64,000 nucleotides of DNA from Tricharina praecox (taxonomy: Eukaryota): positions 434,001 through 498,000 of the forward strand of contig NW_026250421.1 of the NCBI RefSeq assembly GCF_024521635.1, given 5' to 3'. The notes under the pieces are model-generated. The model did no database searches, was not told the origin of the DNA, and saw only the letters and a program-made list of their open reading frames with translations. Made by a program: the position numbers and the translations under genes. Positions within the stretch are counted from its first letter, which is position 1, and every line of letters begins with the position of its first letter. This document shows positions 11,934 to 24,402 of this stretch, one piece after another.

Positions 11934-14900
11934 CTACAACTCGTCCCTCACTCTCTGGCCCGCCTCCTCAGCCGCCTGGCGGACACTGCGCAACGTCTCT
12001 TCGGCAGCCTTAACAGCGTTCTCGATGCGCTTCCTAGCATTCTCCAGAAGGGCGTCCTTATAGCTCTGCTCCTCATCGAGCAGTCCCACTTTCACACCCA
12101 GACTCGCCGCCGCATCGCGCGCATCATCGTACGCACTAGCGACATTCTCAGACGCCTGGGAAACCATGCTGGCGGCGGAATCGGAAGCCTGGCTTGCAAA
12201 GCTCGCGGCGGTTTCGGACACCTTCTCGAAGCCGCTCTTGGGCGTGCCGTAGACGGCGACGGAAACGTTGTCAACGGCATCCTGTCCGAGTTTCCGAAGC
12301 TGTGCCTGGTAGCTCTCGAGTATTGTGGGTTCCTTGCCGTACACGGCTACGCTGGCCTCGGCGGCAGCTGCGCGGACGCGCGAAATAGCGTCTTGGATCA
12401 TCGAGTCGATGACCGGGGGCATGCTTCCGACGGCTTGGGTGGCGGCGGATGTGGCGGAGACGGCAACTTCTGCAACGATGGAATTGGCGGATGCGGCGGC
12501 AGAGGTGGCGGAAGCGGCAGCGTCAACGGCAGCGGAGGTGGCCGAGGCGGCGAAAGAACTGGCATGGGATAGGAAAGGTGTTGGAGTGCCATAGTAAACA
12601 GACGAGAATCGTGCCATCACGCTCTCGGAGAAGGTGGGCTCCTTGCCGTGAATGAGCTCATTAAGCATGCTCTGGAGTTCTTCGTAACGGATGGCGGCAA
12701 GGTCTTGGGCTTGTCCTGGGGCGGCGGCGAGGGATTCTGCGGCTTGTGAGGCAACTGAAGCGACAGAGGCAGAGACACCGGAGGGTGCCGGAGTGCCGTA
12801 GATCTGCCCCGATGCAGCTGCCACTGCACCTTCAGCGCGAACAGAGACTGCGGAAACAGTATCTTCGACGCCTTTGGACGCGGCAGAAGCGACGGAAGAG
12901 GCCGTAGCTGAGGCGGCAGAAGCGACGGAGAAGGCTGATGCGGAGGCGACCGACGCGGCGGAAGAGGCCGTGGCGGAAGCGGAAGAGAGCATGCTCTCGA
13001 TCACCGGGGTGGTAGTGCCATAGAGCTGTCTCGATGCTGCGTAGAACCACGAATCGTAGGTACTCTGTGCTTCGGCAACGGCCTTGGCGTACTTCTCCTT
13101 CGCAACGCTCATGACGCTCTCTGAGGCAGGCTGGGGGGTACCATAGACCTTAGTTGAGACAGCAGATGCCGCCGAATTCAACTTGCTCTGGGCGTCGGCG
13201 ATAGCAGCGTCGTAGCTTTTCCTTGCCTCTCCTCCCATGGAAACAACCGAAGAGTATGAAGCGCCGGCGGCGGAGAAAGCAGCCGAGTACTTCTCCGATG
13301 CAACCGAGAACATGGATTCCTTGATTGGCTGTTCTGATGGTTGAACATGGGTGACAGCCATTCTCTTGGCGGACCGGAACGAATCCATGGCTGCATCAGT
13401 TGCTTGAATGTACGCTAGTTTGGCCTGCTCCAAAAGAACCTCGTGGGTGGGTGTCGGGGTGCCGTAAAGAATCGAAGACGCAGCGACAACAGCAGCAGAG
13501 TACTTGTCCGTAGCGATAGAAAACATCTCCTCGGTCACAGGAGTCGGGGTACCATAGAGAATGCTCGAAGCTGCATAGAGAGCAGAATCATGGAGCTCCT
13601 TTGCCCTTGATTGAATGCTCTCGCCAGCCGAGGGTTCCGAGATGGCTGTCGCACGATCCATGGCATCCTGGACGGCTTGAGAAACCGCCTTTGACGCTTC
13701 CGAGAGGCTTGACTTGACATCGTCGATGAAAGAGTCGTCGTCATCGTAGATAACCTTTTCCGCCGCAGCGACAAAGCCAGCCTCCACGCCGCCAGGAACA
13801 CGCGCTTTGACACGAGCTGTAGCTTTCTCGACAGCCTCCGAAGCAGCAGAGATAATCGATTCACCGACAGGAGTGGGGCTGGGGGTTCCGCTAATAACTT
13901 GTTCAATCTTGGATTTCGCGTCGTCGATCACATCCAAAACCTTATCTTTGACTGATTCTTCCTCCTCTTCGGGCTGGAAAGTCGCCTTGAGCTTGTCAGC
14001 GCTTTTGAGAACCTGCTGGCCTGCCCTCTTCGCGGCAACAGGGATATGATCGTCGGTAAGGTCCTCGGAAGCCTCCGCAAGTTCAATCTTCTTCTTTCCG
14101 ATCTTCTTGATTGTCTTCAGCTGCTCAGCCGCATTCTTGGCAATTTCAGTAGCCTTACCCTCCCACTCGTCTTCGACCCATTTCGTGAGTTCGCGGAGCT
14201 TCTCGTTGGCCTCGGCGGATTTGATGATGGTGGTGCGGGATTCCCTCATCTCCTTTTTGAGTTCGTGGTACTTGGCCCAGTCCTTGTGGGAGACCCAGTC
14301 CATCCAGGCCCACTTCATTCCGAGTTCCTGCATACCAAAGTCGTTGATCCCGTCAAGGGTTTCCAACTGTTGGTCCGCAACTTCCGAGACATCGTCGTAA
14401 ACCTTGGCAAGGTACTTTTCGGCGTCTTTACGCATGAGCTGAGCGTTGTCGCGAATCTGAGTTCCCAAGTGTCGTGTGGCGGCAAATAGTTGCTCCTGGG
14501 CAGCAGCCTTCTCCTCCTCGGTGCTCTCGGGGGACAAACGGCTGGCCAAAATCACGACTTCGGCCTTGAGATCTCTGGTTCCCTTCTCAACAAGTTTCTC
14601 CAGCTTTGCAATATCCTTGGCAACAGATTTACGCTTGCTGTGCATCGCCTTATCGGAGATCTCATCGATCTGCGATTTTAGCTCAGAGAGAGTCTTGAGC
14701 GAAGAAGTGCTGAACTTTGCCGAGTACGTGTGGAGGTCGTTTTTGATGATTTCCTTGGCTTCTTCTTTCGTAAGCTTGGTGGCAGGCTCCGCAACTCCGG
14801 AAGCTGCATCGGAAGCCTTCGCAGCAGAAACGGACGCAATCATGGACGAGATCGAAGCCATAGAGGCTGCCTCTCCGGAAGGCCTTGCTGCTGCGAGGGA

Positions 14901-15933
14901 AGAGAAGATTGACGAGGAGACCGAACTAGCAGGAACTCTGTCAGTTGTCAGCGGCTACAGACCAACAAATCACGCTCGACCGTGGGGGGGGGGAGACATA
15001 CCCGCTTCCGTTCGTTCCTCCCAGCCTTTCTCCAATCCTTCCGACCTGCGGCCGTACAACCTCGCTCCACATTCCCCGACCCCAGCCAACCGCCTTTTCA
15101 CCACCCTCCTTGACAACGGGGGCCACGATGACAGTGATGACATACATGCCATGCTCGTAGGCCTTGGCCAGATATGGTTGGACCTTGTTGTAATTGGGCA
15201 GTGCGTGGTCGTGCCAGAACACCTCCACCTTCTTCTCCGCGATGTCAACCGTAGGTTTGACGTCGTTGATCCAGATCTTATTAGCTGTCTCAGCGTGGGG
15301 AGAAACATAGGTGATGTAGTAGGTCTCAGCCTTGCTCTGGGCCGTTTCCACGTGCGGTTTCAGGTATTGGTCGTATTCCACCGCTGCAAACTTGGAGCCC
15401 TTAGACACATATGGCTCACCGTACTTGTTGTAAGTAACGTACGCGGTGGTGTAGGCCGGGATGATGTACTCCCTGTTCGCCTTCTGGACGTAAGGAGAGT
15501 ACTGCTGCACATACGGCGACAGGTAACTATTGTAGTACGGCAGAACATGCGGCCGCAGCGCAGTCTTGATGGTGTGCGCGGGATGACAGATGCCTGGCGA
15601 GTCGGAAGTAGGGTGTGCTGGACATCGGAAAAGCACCGTGTAGAGCGCATACCACGCGATTAACCTGGGATCACCAATCAGCGGATCCGTCCGTGCACTC
15701 TTTCGCGCTCCACTCCTCTCTCGGGGGGAAGATGCGAGCGGAGTATCTTACCGAGCAGTGAGGTTGACGAGACTAAAGCCGTCTCCGGACGACGAGAACT
15801 TTGGCGGCGATGAATGCAGTGGGACTCTCGGTTTCCCTAGCTTCCCGAGTGGTTGTTTTTGTTGTGGTTCGGGCGGAGGAGTTGCTGTCTGCACCTTCCT
15901 GTACCCATTTGTACTGGCCTTTGGGTTCACCAT
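11934..15933 (-). CDS. Large Ala/Ser/Glu-rich ER membrane protein (SHE10-like fungal family), about 1282 aa, C-terminal RDEL
   Basis: Model complement join(15933..15752,15664..15002,14937..11934), in frame. It has an N-terminal hydrophobic segment RLIAWYALYTVLFRCP, a coiled coil, ELGMKWAWMDWVSHKDWAKYHELK, repeated YGTP motifs, and ends in RDEL*. The family name is from memory. Confidence 0.8.
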
Positions 15934-17657
15934 GTCGAGGGATGGGGGGTGAAGTTGTCGGTTTCCTCGATCGATCCGTCTTTTTGGCCGTTTATCGCGT
16001 ACAAAAGCGACTGGGGCGGCACACGAGGGTCGGTTATCGCTGGGAGCGGGATAGAGTTTGGACGACTATCTTATCCCACGCTGGAAAAAGCACAACACAA
16101 CGACACGAAGTTTAGAACTAAAAAGAGGTTGAGAGAGCGAGCGAGAGGGGGGGGAGATCTCCTGGGCCGAGGATTTTCCCGCTCAGCTTACTTATTTCTG
16201 CTTAACGGGCTTTTTTTTCTTCACAAACAGGCTTTCACGCCACTGTCGAAGCCGGCCGGAACGACCGAACAGTAGCGGCGATGCGATGTGCTTGCTCTTG
16301 CAGGTGCTTTTTGCCTCGCTCGTGAAAGCGATGGCTCGTGCTTTCTGCTGGGTGCAGGGGTTCACGTCGAACTTGTGCGTGAGCGGTATGTAGATGTGCG
16401 AATTGTGGAGCGTGGTCTTGTGGGATGCGTTGTCGCGGGGAATTAGGCAAGTCCTCGGAAGCTATCGCGTGAACAAGGGCGGGCTATTTGGGCGACAAGG
16501 TCCGCAATGTGTGGAGATCACGTAGCTAACCCAACGGAGGAGAAGTAAAGAGGAAAGAGAGATGAGGGCGAGGAGGGAAGAGCAGATGAGAATGATGTTG
16601 TGTTCGAGGGGTGTTTTAAGGGGAGGGCGTCGAGTGGTAGAAGTGAATCAAGTATGCAGGAGCACAAACAGGCCGCGAGATACCGGTAAAATATGTTGAA
16701 AGGAAGGAGGAAGCAAGAGAGTTTCCTGGGCGTGGTGGTGGTGGTGGTTGCGGTCACTGGTCACTGGTGGTGGTGCCCAGTTCTTGAATTAGCATGTGCT
16801 AGGTAGCGGAGCAGAGTAGATTCTAGAGCAGAGCTGCTCCCGTCTGCTTCCTCCGATTCTTCTTCTACGGCGGCTTGGTACTCGCTGAAATAGAACTCTG
16901 CTTGCAAGATACCTGCTGCGATGGAGGTCTTTCTTGGTTTCGGGCTGTTGAGTGGATGGGCACAGCGTGGTGATGCAATAATTGCCAGGAGATCTCGAGG
17001 TCCTGTCGTGTGGGTGGCCGGGGTTGCATAGTGTGTCTCACCCACCCATCAAATCATGTTTCATGAATCGCGCAAGCGAAAAGAAACGCCACACTCACTC
17101 CAGCCATATCCAGCCACTGTGGCGCAGTAGAGTGTGGCGTGGTGGCTGCGCGATTACTCATCTATGGCGCATCCCGTCCCAACCGTTTCAGCGTCACGCT
17201 AACCCAAACCCTTCGCCCAACTGCACCGCAACGTCGACCTTGTTGCTTGCTTGAACTCTGAACTCCCTCTGTGTCTCCAGGAGTACATCGCTAAGCTGCA
17301 CCCTAACTCCGCAACCCACATCATCACTCTGCCAGGTATGTGCTATTGTCCTCCCACCACAAACATCATCGGCACCACCCCCCTCTACTAACCACCAATA
17401 TCCGAAAGACAACCGGAGAAACAGAGAAGACTGAGAGGAGTGGAAGAGGCGGAAAGAGTTAGAGAAGAAAGAGAGAGAGAGAGAGAGAGAAAGCACGATC
17501 TCATACTTCGCGCAGGCAACCCCGTCCCCCCCCCGCTGCTACGACGAGAGCCCAAACGATCCAAATACGCGACCTCACTCGCCCGACCTCGACGTCCTAC
17601 GCACATCCGCTGGCGAACCCTCGATAGCCAAGCAGTACCGCCGAGCCGTCGCGACAA

Positions 17658-20600
17658 ATGTCGCCCGACCCCCCAAGGGGCTCCTCCGTGCCAGAAGCCG
17701 ACAAGATGAACGATCCCGCTTATGACACCAATGCGAGCCGTCAGCACGCCAACGCGGCAAATTCGGAGCCCGATCACTGCCGGATATGTCGCTCGGAAGG
17801 AACAACACATGAACCCCTCTACCATCCGTGCAAGTGCAGCGGGTCCATTAAGTTTGTGCATCAGGACTGGTTAGTCTCCACCCATCCCGCCGGACATTTC
17901 GCTACTATCCGCTGGAAACGTGTGCTGACGTGCTCGCTCGCAGTCTGATGGAATGGTTAGCACACTCACAGAAAAAGTACTGTGAGCTATGCAAGACGCC
18001 GTTCACATTCACAAAGGTCTACGACCCGGACATGCCCAACTCGCTGCCGACTCCATTATTCGTACGGCAGTTGACGCGACGCCTTGCAAGGGGTGCTCTG
18101 AGGTTTCTACGGGGGTTATTGGTGGCATTTGTGTGGTTGGGCTGCCTCCCTTGGTGCGTGCGGTGGATGTGGCGGGGATGGTTCTGGGTGAGCGATGGAG
18201 GGTGGTGGCAGCTACAGGCCAACGGTTTCCCAGGAACGCCGGTTCCAGAAACGCCAACCGACACCCAACAACCATCTACCTCAACAAGTGCGGCAGGATA
18301 TTTCGCTTTCCTCTCTCCTCCGGCTCTCTTGGCGGCCGTGTCCCCGGCCACCGGCGGTGCTAATTCTACTGCCACGAATCTTGATGTCGTCGCCACTGCT
18401 TTCAACATGTCCGCCGTAAATACCGCTTACTCGGACGGCTTATTCTTCGAACGCAACCCATTATTCAATGCTACTCGCTTTGAGTTCGTTAACAACTTGA
18501 TTGTCGACGTCCTAGAGGGTCAGCTGTTGACGGCGCTGATCGTGGTGACCTTCATCATTGTTTTCCTTATACGGGAGTGGGTAGTCCAGCAACAGCCTGC
18601 GTTGCTCGGCGACGCAGCAAACATTCCCCTGTTGAACGAGCAGATTGATGTTGGTCTTCCTGCGGACGACCCCGCCGGCATAGAAGCGTTTGCCGCCCCG
18701 GCCCAGGCACCAGCTGCCGTAGAGCCCGATATCCCGGTGGTGGGGGCGGCGGTACCAGCGGATGATGACGAAGAAGATGAATGGGTGGAACGTGCCTTTG
18801 GAGTTGAGAGGGACACGGCCGGGGGAGAAGAGGAGGGGGCCCCACGCGACGAGGCCGACGTACTTCAGCAACGTGTTATTGCTCAGCCCAGGAAGCGTAG
18901 ACGGGTAGCTCCGACAGACACAGAACCTGGGAGCAGCTCCTCTCAAGAGGCCACTGGCGAAAACCCAGTCGAGGAGAGCGGTGCAATCCCAGCCTTCAAT
19001 TTCGCTGACCTACCTTTACGGCCGACCCCTACGAGGGCGAACACCTCCCAGGTAGCGGGTCTCCGACGTGAACTCGAGGAAACCACTAGGAGTGGAAGTA
19101 CCAGTGCCCAGTACGACTTCGGTGGTACCGGTGGAAGTACAGACAATCGTTTCCAATTTGGAGGTGCGAACCCCGAGCCGTCGCGGCCACCGGATATCTG
19201 GGCCCAGACAACCCCAAGTGGAGGGGATATCAGTGAGAGGTTGGAGACAATCGACACTGGAAGATCTGCAAATTGGATGAGGGAACATGCTTCTAGCGCA
19301 CCTGTTTCCCCTACGCCCTCCGAGCAGAGGACATCGGAATTCGGAATCGCTCTAGGAAGCCACGATAACGATGTTAACGACGGAAGCGGCAGTGCAAGCT
19401 GGGCTTCCTCTAGTTCCTTCGAGATTATAGGGGCGCCGACGAACAAAGGCAAGGGTGTGGAGGTTGAGTTGCCTGATCAGATACCGGCAGTCAAGGGGAA
19501 GGGGAAGGAAAACTCTCCGGTGGACGCCCAGCTGGATGGTGAGAACGATTCAGTTGAGGAATACGGAGACGACGATGAGATGAGGACTGAGGGTTCGCTC
19601 GGTGTCGGAACATCCGAATGGTCTATGGCAGCACACGCAGGAGACGCTCTTTCTGAATCATCGGCCACTCCCCCCGTGATGATGCCACCAGCACCACCAC
19701 CAATGCCCACTCACCTAGACCCACTCAATGTTCACCTGAGAAACCAACAATTGGAAGATGCACAGCGTCTTGAAGAATTAAGGAACGGCGTCCAAGCCCA
19801 AGCGCGACACCTTCAGGAGCTGCAAAATGAAATGGCCGAGTGGGAACGGGTCGCTCCTCCTGCGGGGGCAGTGGCACCCCAAGAACCGCCCCAGCCTCAA
19901 CAGGCTAGGCGCGCCGGATTGCTTGGCTGGATCATTGGAGACGATGGTGCGCAGGATCAAATGGAGATTGGTGCCGACGAGGATGATACAGATGACGAGG
20001 ATGCCCCCGTTGGCGCTGCGGCTGCCGTTCCTCAAGGTATCCTTGATGACGAGGCGGCGGACGATTTCGAAGGCATCATGGAACTTGTTGGAATGAGGGG
20101 ACCGTTAATAGGACTTGTGCAGAACGCCGCCATCAGCAGTATGCTCATAACTGCCACTGTGGCCGTCGGCGTGGCATTCCCTTACGTGACGGGCAAGACT
20201 GTTATGATGGTTCTAGCACACCCAGTCTTGTTTTTCTTCCGGCTGCCCATGATGGCCATATCCTTCTGTGCGGAATTCTTGGTTGATTTCTCAACAATGG
20301 TTGCATTCTCTCTGCTCTTGATGTGCGAACAAGCCATTCGATCCTTCCTCAAGCCGGCCACTTCCATTCTCCCAGGTTTATCAGGATATCTCAACAGCGG
20401 TGGATTGACAACATTCCTCAGGAACTGGGCATCCGACGGCCAGGCTCGTGTCGTTGCCAAGTTTGTTAGCATCGAAACCACCTACATGACTGTTCGGAAG
20501 TTCCCACCCTCTGCCGTGCCCCCACTCAGCCTTGTCGTGAAAGAGAGCTTCGAGCGGTTAATGGAGACGATAACCTGGGGATTGGGCAAGGTTGGACTAG

Positions 20601-22974
20601 CAGGCTTGGCGGCAACGGAGATTTCTGCTGGGCCGGAGCATCTGGACTTGAATGGGCTCAAAATAGCCAATCCACTTGCTTGGGCTGTTCACGCTTGGGA
20701 GGATACATTCGCAACGATCAACTTTACTCATCCACTGAACGCCACTGCAGAGACTATCGGCTATTCCTCCAATCCGCAGGAAGCCTTGACATATGCCGGC
20801 CTTTACAAATGGTCCACATGGGACCGAGTCGGGGTTGTTATGCTGGGTTATGCGTTCTTTACCATCGCCGGAATGACATATGTTAAGCGGAGACGGCAGC
20901 AACCCCCCGGCCATGTCGAGAAGCTTGCCGCGGAGTTCCTGCAGCAATGCGGCGGCGTGATGAAGGTTGTCCTGATCATCGGAATTGAGATGTTTGTATT
21001 TCCACTTTACTGTGGAGTACTGTTAGGTAAGCGAATCATTTCTTGTGTCTTGCTTCCGCTAACCGGTGTGCATAGACATGGCAATGCTACCGCTCTTTGA
21101 GACCGCTACAATTGCGTCGAGAATCCAATTCGCCATAGATTTCCCATTCACTAATGTCTTTGTGCACTGGTTCGTCGGCACATGCTACATGTTCCACTTC
21201 GCCCTTTTTGTCAGCATGTGCCGCAAGATCATGCGCACCGGCGTATTATGTGAGCTTGTTTCCTTCTCTTCTCCATTACTCTGATACTGATGGCGGTCTA
21301 GATTTTATCCGTGACCCTGATGATCCCAACTTCCATCCTGTGCGCGACGTGCTTAATAGGCCTATCGTTACACAGTTGCGCAAGATTGGCTTCTCGGCAT
21401 TCATATACGGCGTACTGGTTCTCATGTGTCTTGGAGGCGTTGTCTGGGGGCTTCATGGTGTCACTAGCGATGTTCTTCCCATCCACTGGTCGTCCAACGA
21501 ACCGGTGTTTGAATTCCCCGTCGATCTCCTCTTCTACAACTTCCTGATGCCGCTCGCTGTCAAGTTCTTCAAGCCTTCCGATGGCCTTCAGAACATGTAT
21601 GCGTGGTGGTTTCAAAAGTGTGCTCGAGCACTCCGACTCTCCAGTTTCATGTTCGGTGAACGTAACGCGGACGAGGAGGGATACACCGTCTACCCGACAT
21701 GGAGATCGTTTTTCATGAGGGAAAAGCCGGATTACGACACGCCGATCATGCCGGATATGGAGCCTCCAGCGAATCAAATCTACTTCCGACGTAGTGGACG
21801 TTTTGTGCGCGCTCCTGCATCGGATAGTATTCGCCGGCCCAAGGGCACATCGGTGTTCATTCCTGTCGATGAGCAGAACCGCCGCCTGGATGTTAATGCC
21901 GACCTTGACCCCCCGAATGGCCCTACCAGTGCTAACAGCACTGACTGGAGACTTGCCTATATCCCACCGTTCTTCAGAGCGCGTATTGGTATTGTGGTTG
22001 TGGGAATCTGGTTCTTCGCCGCCGTCACGGGTGTGTCGTTTACCATCGGTCCTCTCCTTGTTGGCCGCCTGATCCTCCGCCAGCTCGTCCCATCGCAAGT
22101 CCGCCTCAACGACATTTACGCCTTTTCAGTGGGCGTGTACGTTCTCGGCGGGGCCACCCTTTGTTTGTCCAAACTTCCGGCAGCCTACAATTCCATCAAA
22201 GTTGTTTTACAGCCACTCACAAGCGCCGCCTCCAACGCCTCGTACCCTGAGAAAATCAACAACCTACGCATTGCAGTAACCGATGTAGTCATCCGCTCCC
22301 TCAAGATCTGCTACGTCGTTACCGCCTTTGCGATCGTGATCCCGACGTTAGTGGCACTTATCATCGAGTTCTATTTCATTATTCCTCTGCACACCGCTTT
22401 CGGGGTCACGGCCTCAGCCTCAGCGACACCAACCTTTCCCGATGCCCTCGAAAATATCAACTCCACAGTAGTATCCGCTATCACTGCGGCCGCGCCTCCG
22501 AATAGCCGCTTCCACCTCGAACACACGATTCACTTCGTCCAGGACTGGACTCTCGGCGTCCTGTACGTCAAGATGATGTGCAAGATGGTCCTACTGGACG
22601 ACAACAGCGTTTGGGCGCGCTCTCTTCGCGGCATCGTCGCCCACGGCTGGCTCAACCCCGACGCGAAGCTCGCAACCCGCGTCTTCATCGCCCCTTGCAT
22701 CTTAGCAATGATCGCAGCCCTCGGCTTCCCGGTCGCAATGGCAAAAGTCCTTGTGATACTCGGAATCGCCGACGGCGCTGCTATCTACAGATTCGCATTC
22801 CCCGCGTTCTTCCTCGCTATGTGCATCAGCGCTGCAGGGTACGCTCTTTACCGCGTCGTTGAGGGATGGAAGGAGGGTGTTAGAGACGAGGTTTATCTCC
22901 GTGGCATGAGGATTCACAATCATGGCGAAGAGACCAGTATGGTTAGAGGACGGGTGGGGGACATTGTTAGGTAG
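17658..22974 (+). CDS. SSM4: ERAD E3 ubiquitin ligase Doa10/Ssm4 (MARCH6), about 1713 aa
   Basis: Model join(17658..17869,17944..21026,21076..21249,21302..22974). RING-CH domain CRIC...[20 protein letters not shown]...CELCK, TD-domain motifs (IEMFVFPLYCG, GVLYFIRDPDDPNFHP) and many TM helices. Confidence 0.95.
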
Positions 22975-23809
22975 ACAGACCTTTTTACGTTGCGTTGTAC
23001 GGAGTTCTTTTTTTTTCTTTTCCTTTTTTTTCTTTTCCGTCTCTTTTATTTGCTATTGCGGTAGATGATCGTAACTTTTACTTGTTTGCTGAATCGAATC
23101 GATTCAAATGTCTACCATTTTTTCTTTTTCCTTTTACTTCCGATTCGGTTCGTCGTTTCCGAGGCCTATTGATCCGGCTCCGTTCGGTTGATTTTTTCCA
23201 CTTATTGATCCGAGACGGTTCGTTCGGTTGTTTTCCACAGTTCTTTCACTTTCACTTCACTTCACTTTTAAACGGGGGTTTCTGCTTTTTCTTTTAAAAC
23301 GTGTAGGGTTGGGAAGGGGGGTTGAGAGGGATGGGATGGGATGGGCGGGCAAGCACCTACATACATACATTGTAAGACAGGAATGAATGACTTTGCGAAA
23401 TCATGATCACTTTTTATTACCTAGCACCGTACGCGGCGGCCTGGTGAATCGTGATACCCATGGCTGCACTGTGCGCGCGAACAGGCCTGTGTAACCACTG
23501 ATGTGATGTTGATGTTTCATCGCGCGCTTGCGGGTGCCCATTTTAGCTAGGTCCGGCCATTTCTGCCAACCGCGGCACCGCCAGGCTAGCAGCCCGCTAG
23601 TTACACCATATATCCGGTATTCTCGGAACCGCGTATGCCGAGAGATGGGGGTCGGGTAGCTCCGACTCCCGAGGCCGGCGGGATCATCGTCCGTGGATCC
23701 GTCCCAGCCAGCCAACCAGCCGGCACCGGGCCTTCACCCACCACGAAAACGAATAAAAGAGTATCCGTATCCGATGAAAGATTAGGAAGTCGGGGAGCAG
23801 CAAAAGAGA

Positions 23810-23881
23810 AGCTCTGACGCGGATTTGAACCGCGGATCTCATCATTACTAGTGATGCGCCTTACCGCTTGGCCACCAGAGC
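23810..23881 (-). tRNA. tRNA-Thr(AGT)
   Basis: The minus strand reads GCTCTGG TG GCCAAGCGGTAAGGC G CATCA CT-AGT-AA TGATG AGATC CGCGG TTCAAAT CCGCG TCAGAGC T, a full cloverleaf, followed by TTTT. Confidence 0.96.
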
Positions 23882-24402
23882 TGTTGTGTTAGCTGGTTGA
23901 TTGTCGCGAATATGAGTCTTAGGGGAAAGTATTTTGTCATAAAATAAAAAGTTGGGGATGGGATGCGGCTGTTGGAGAGCTGTTAGGGTTGGGGGGTACT
24001 TGTCGGGCGCCATAGGGGGCGTCGAACGCCGGGCTGGGAGATAAGTGATGAGGATGCGCAAGAGCCCGAAAACGTTGTTGGGTTGGCGGTTGTCTTTTCC
24101 CAGAATCTAAATCGCGGGCTGCGTTTTGTGGATATTTTCAGTCCGCGCGAGATTTCATTATTGGTAGTAAGTTGGGCTATGTATAGGATATAATACCTCT
24201 AGGATGGAGTGGAATGACCCCGACCGATATCCAAGGCTCAGGCACCCGTTTCTCTCCAGGTTTGAACGTGAGGTCACTCGCTCGAGTGCTACGGTGTGAA
24301 GACAGGCAGGCTCTCATCGAAACGCACTCGCATCAAACGATCGCCCGTACGGCGTCGCGAAAATTCAATAGACAGGTGTTTATCAATCCGTTCATGTAGT
24401 AT

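Noticed and set aside
11808..15663. Plus-strand ORFs 11808..12572 and 14476..15663
   Set aside because: Shadow frames opposite the spliced minus-strand gene.
16963..16969. UPRE-like CAGCGTG in the divergent promoter of two ER genes
   Set aside because: A single 7-mer in 1.7 kb is compatible with chance.
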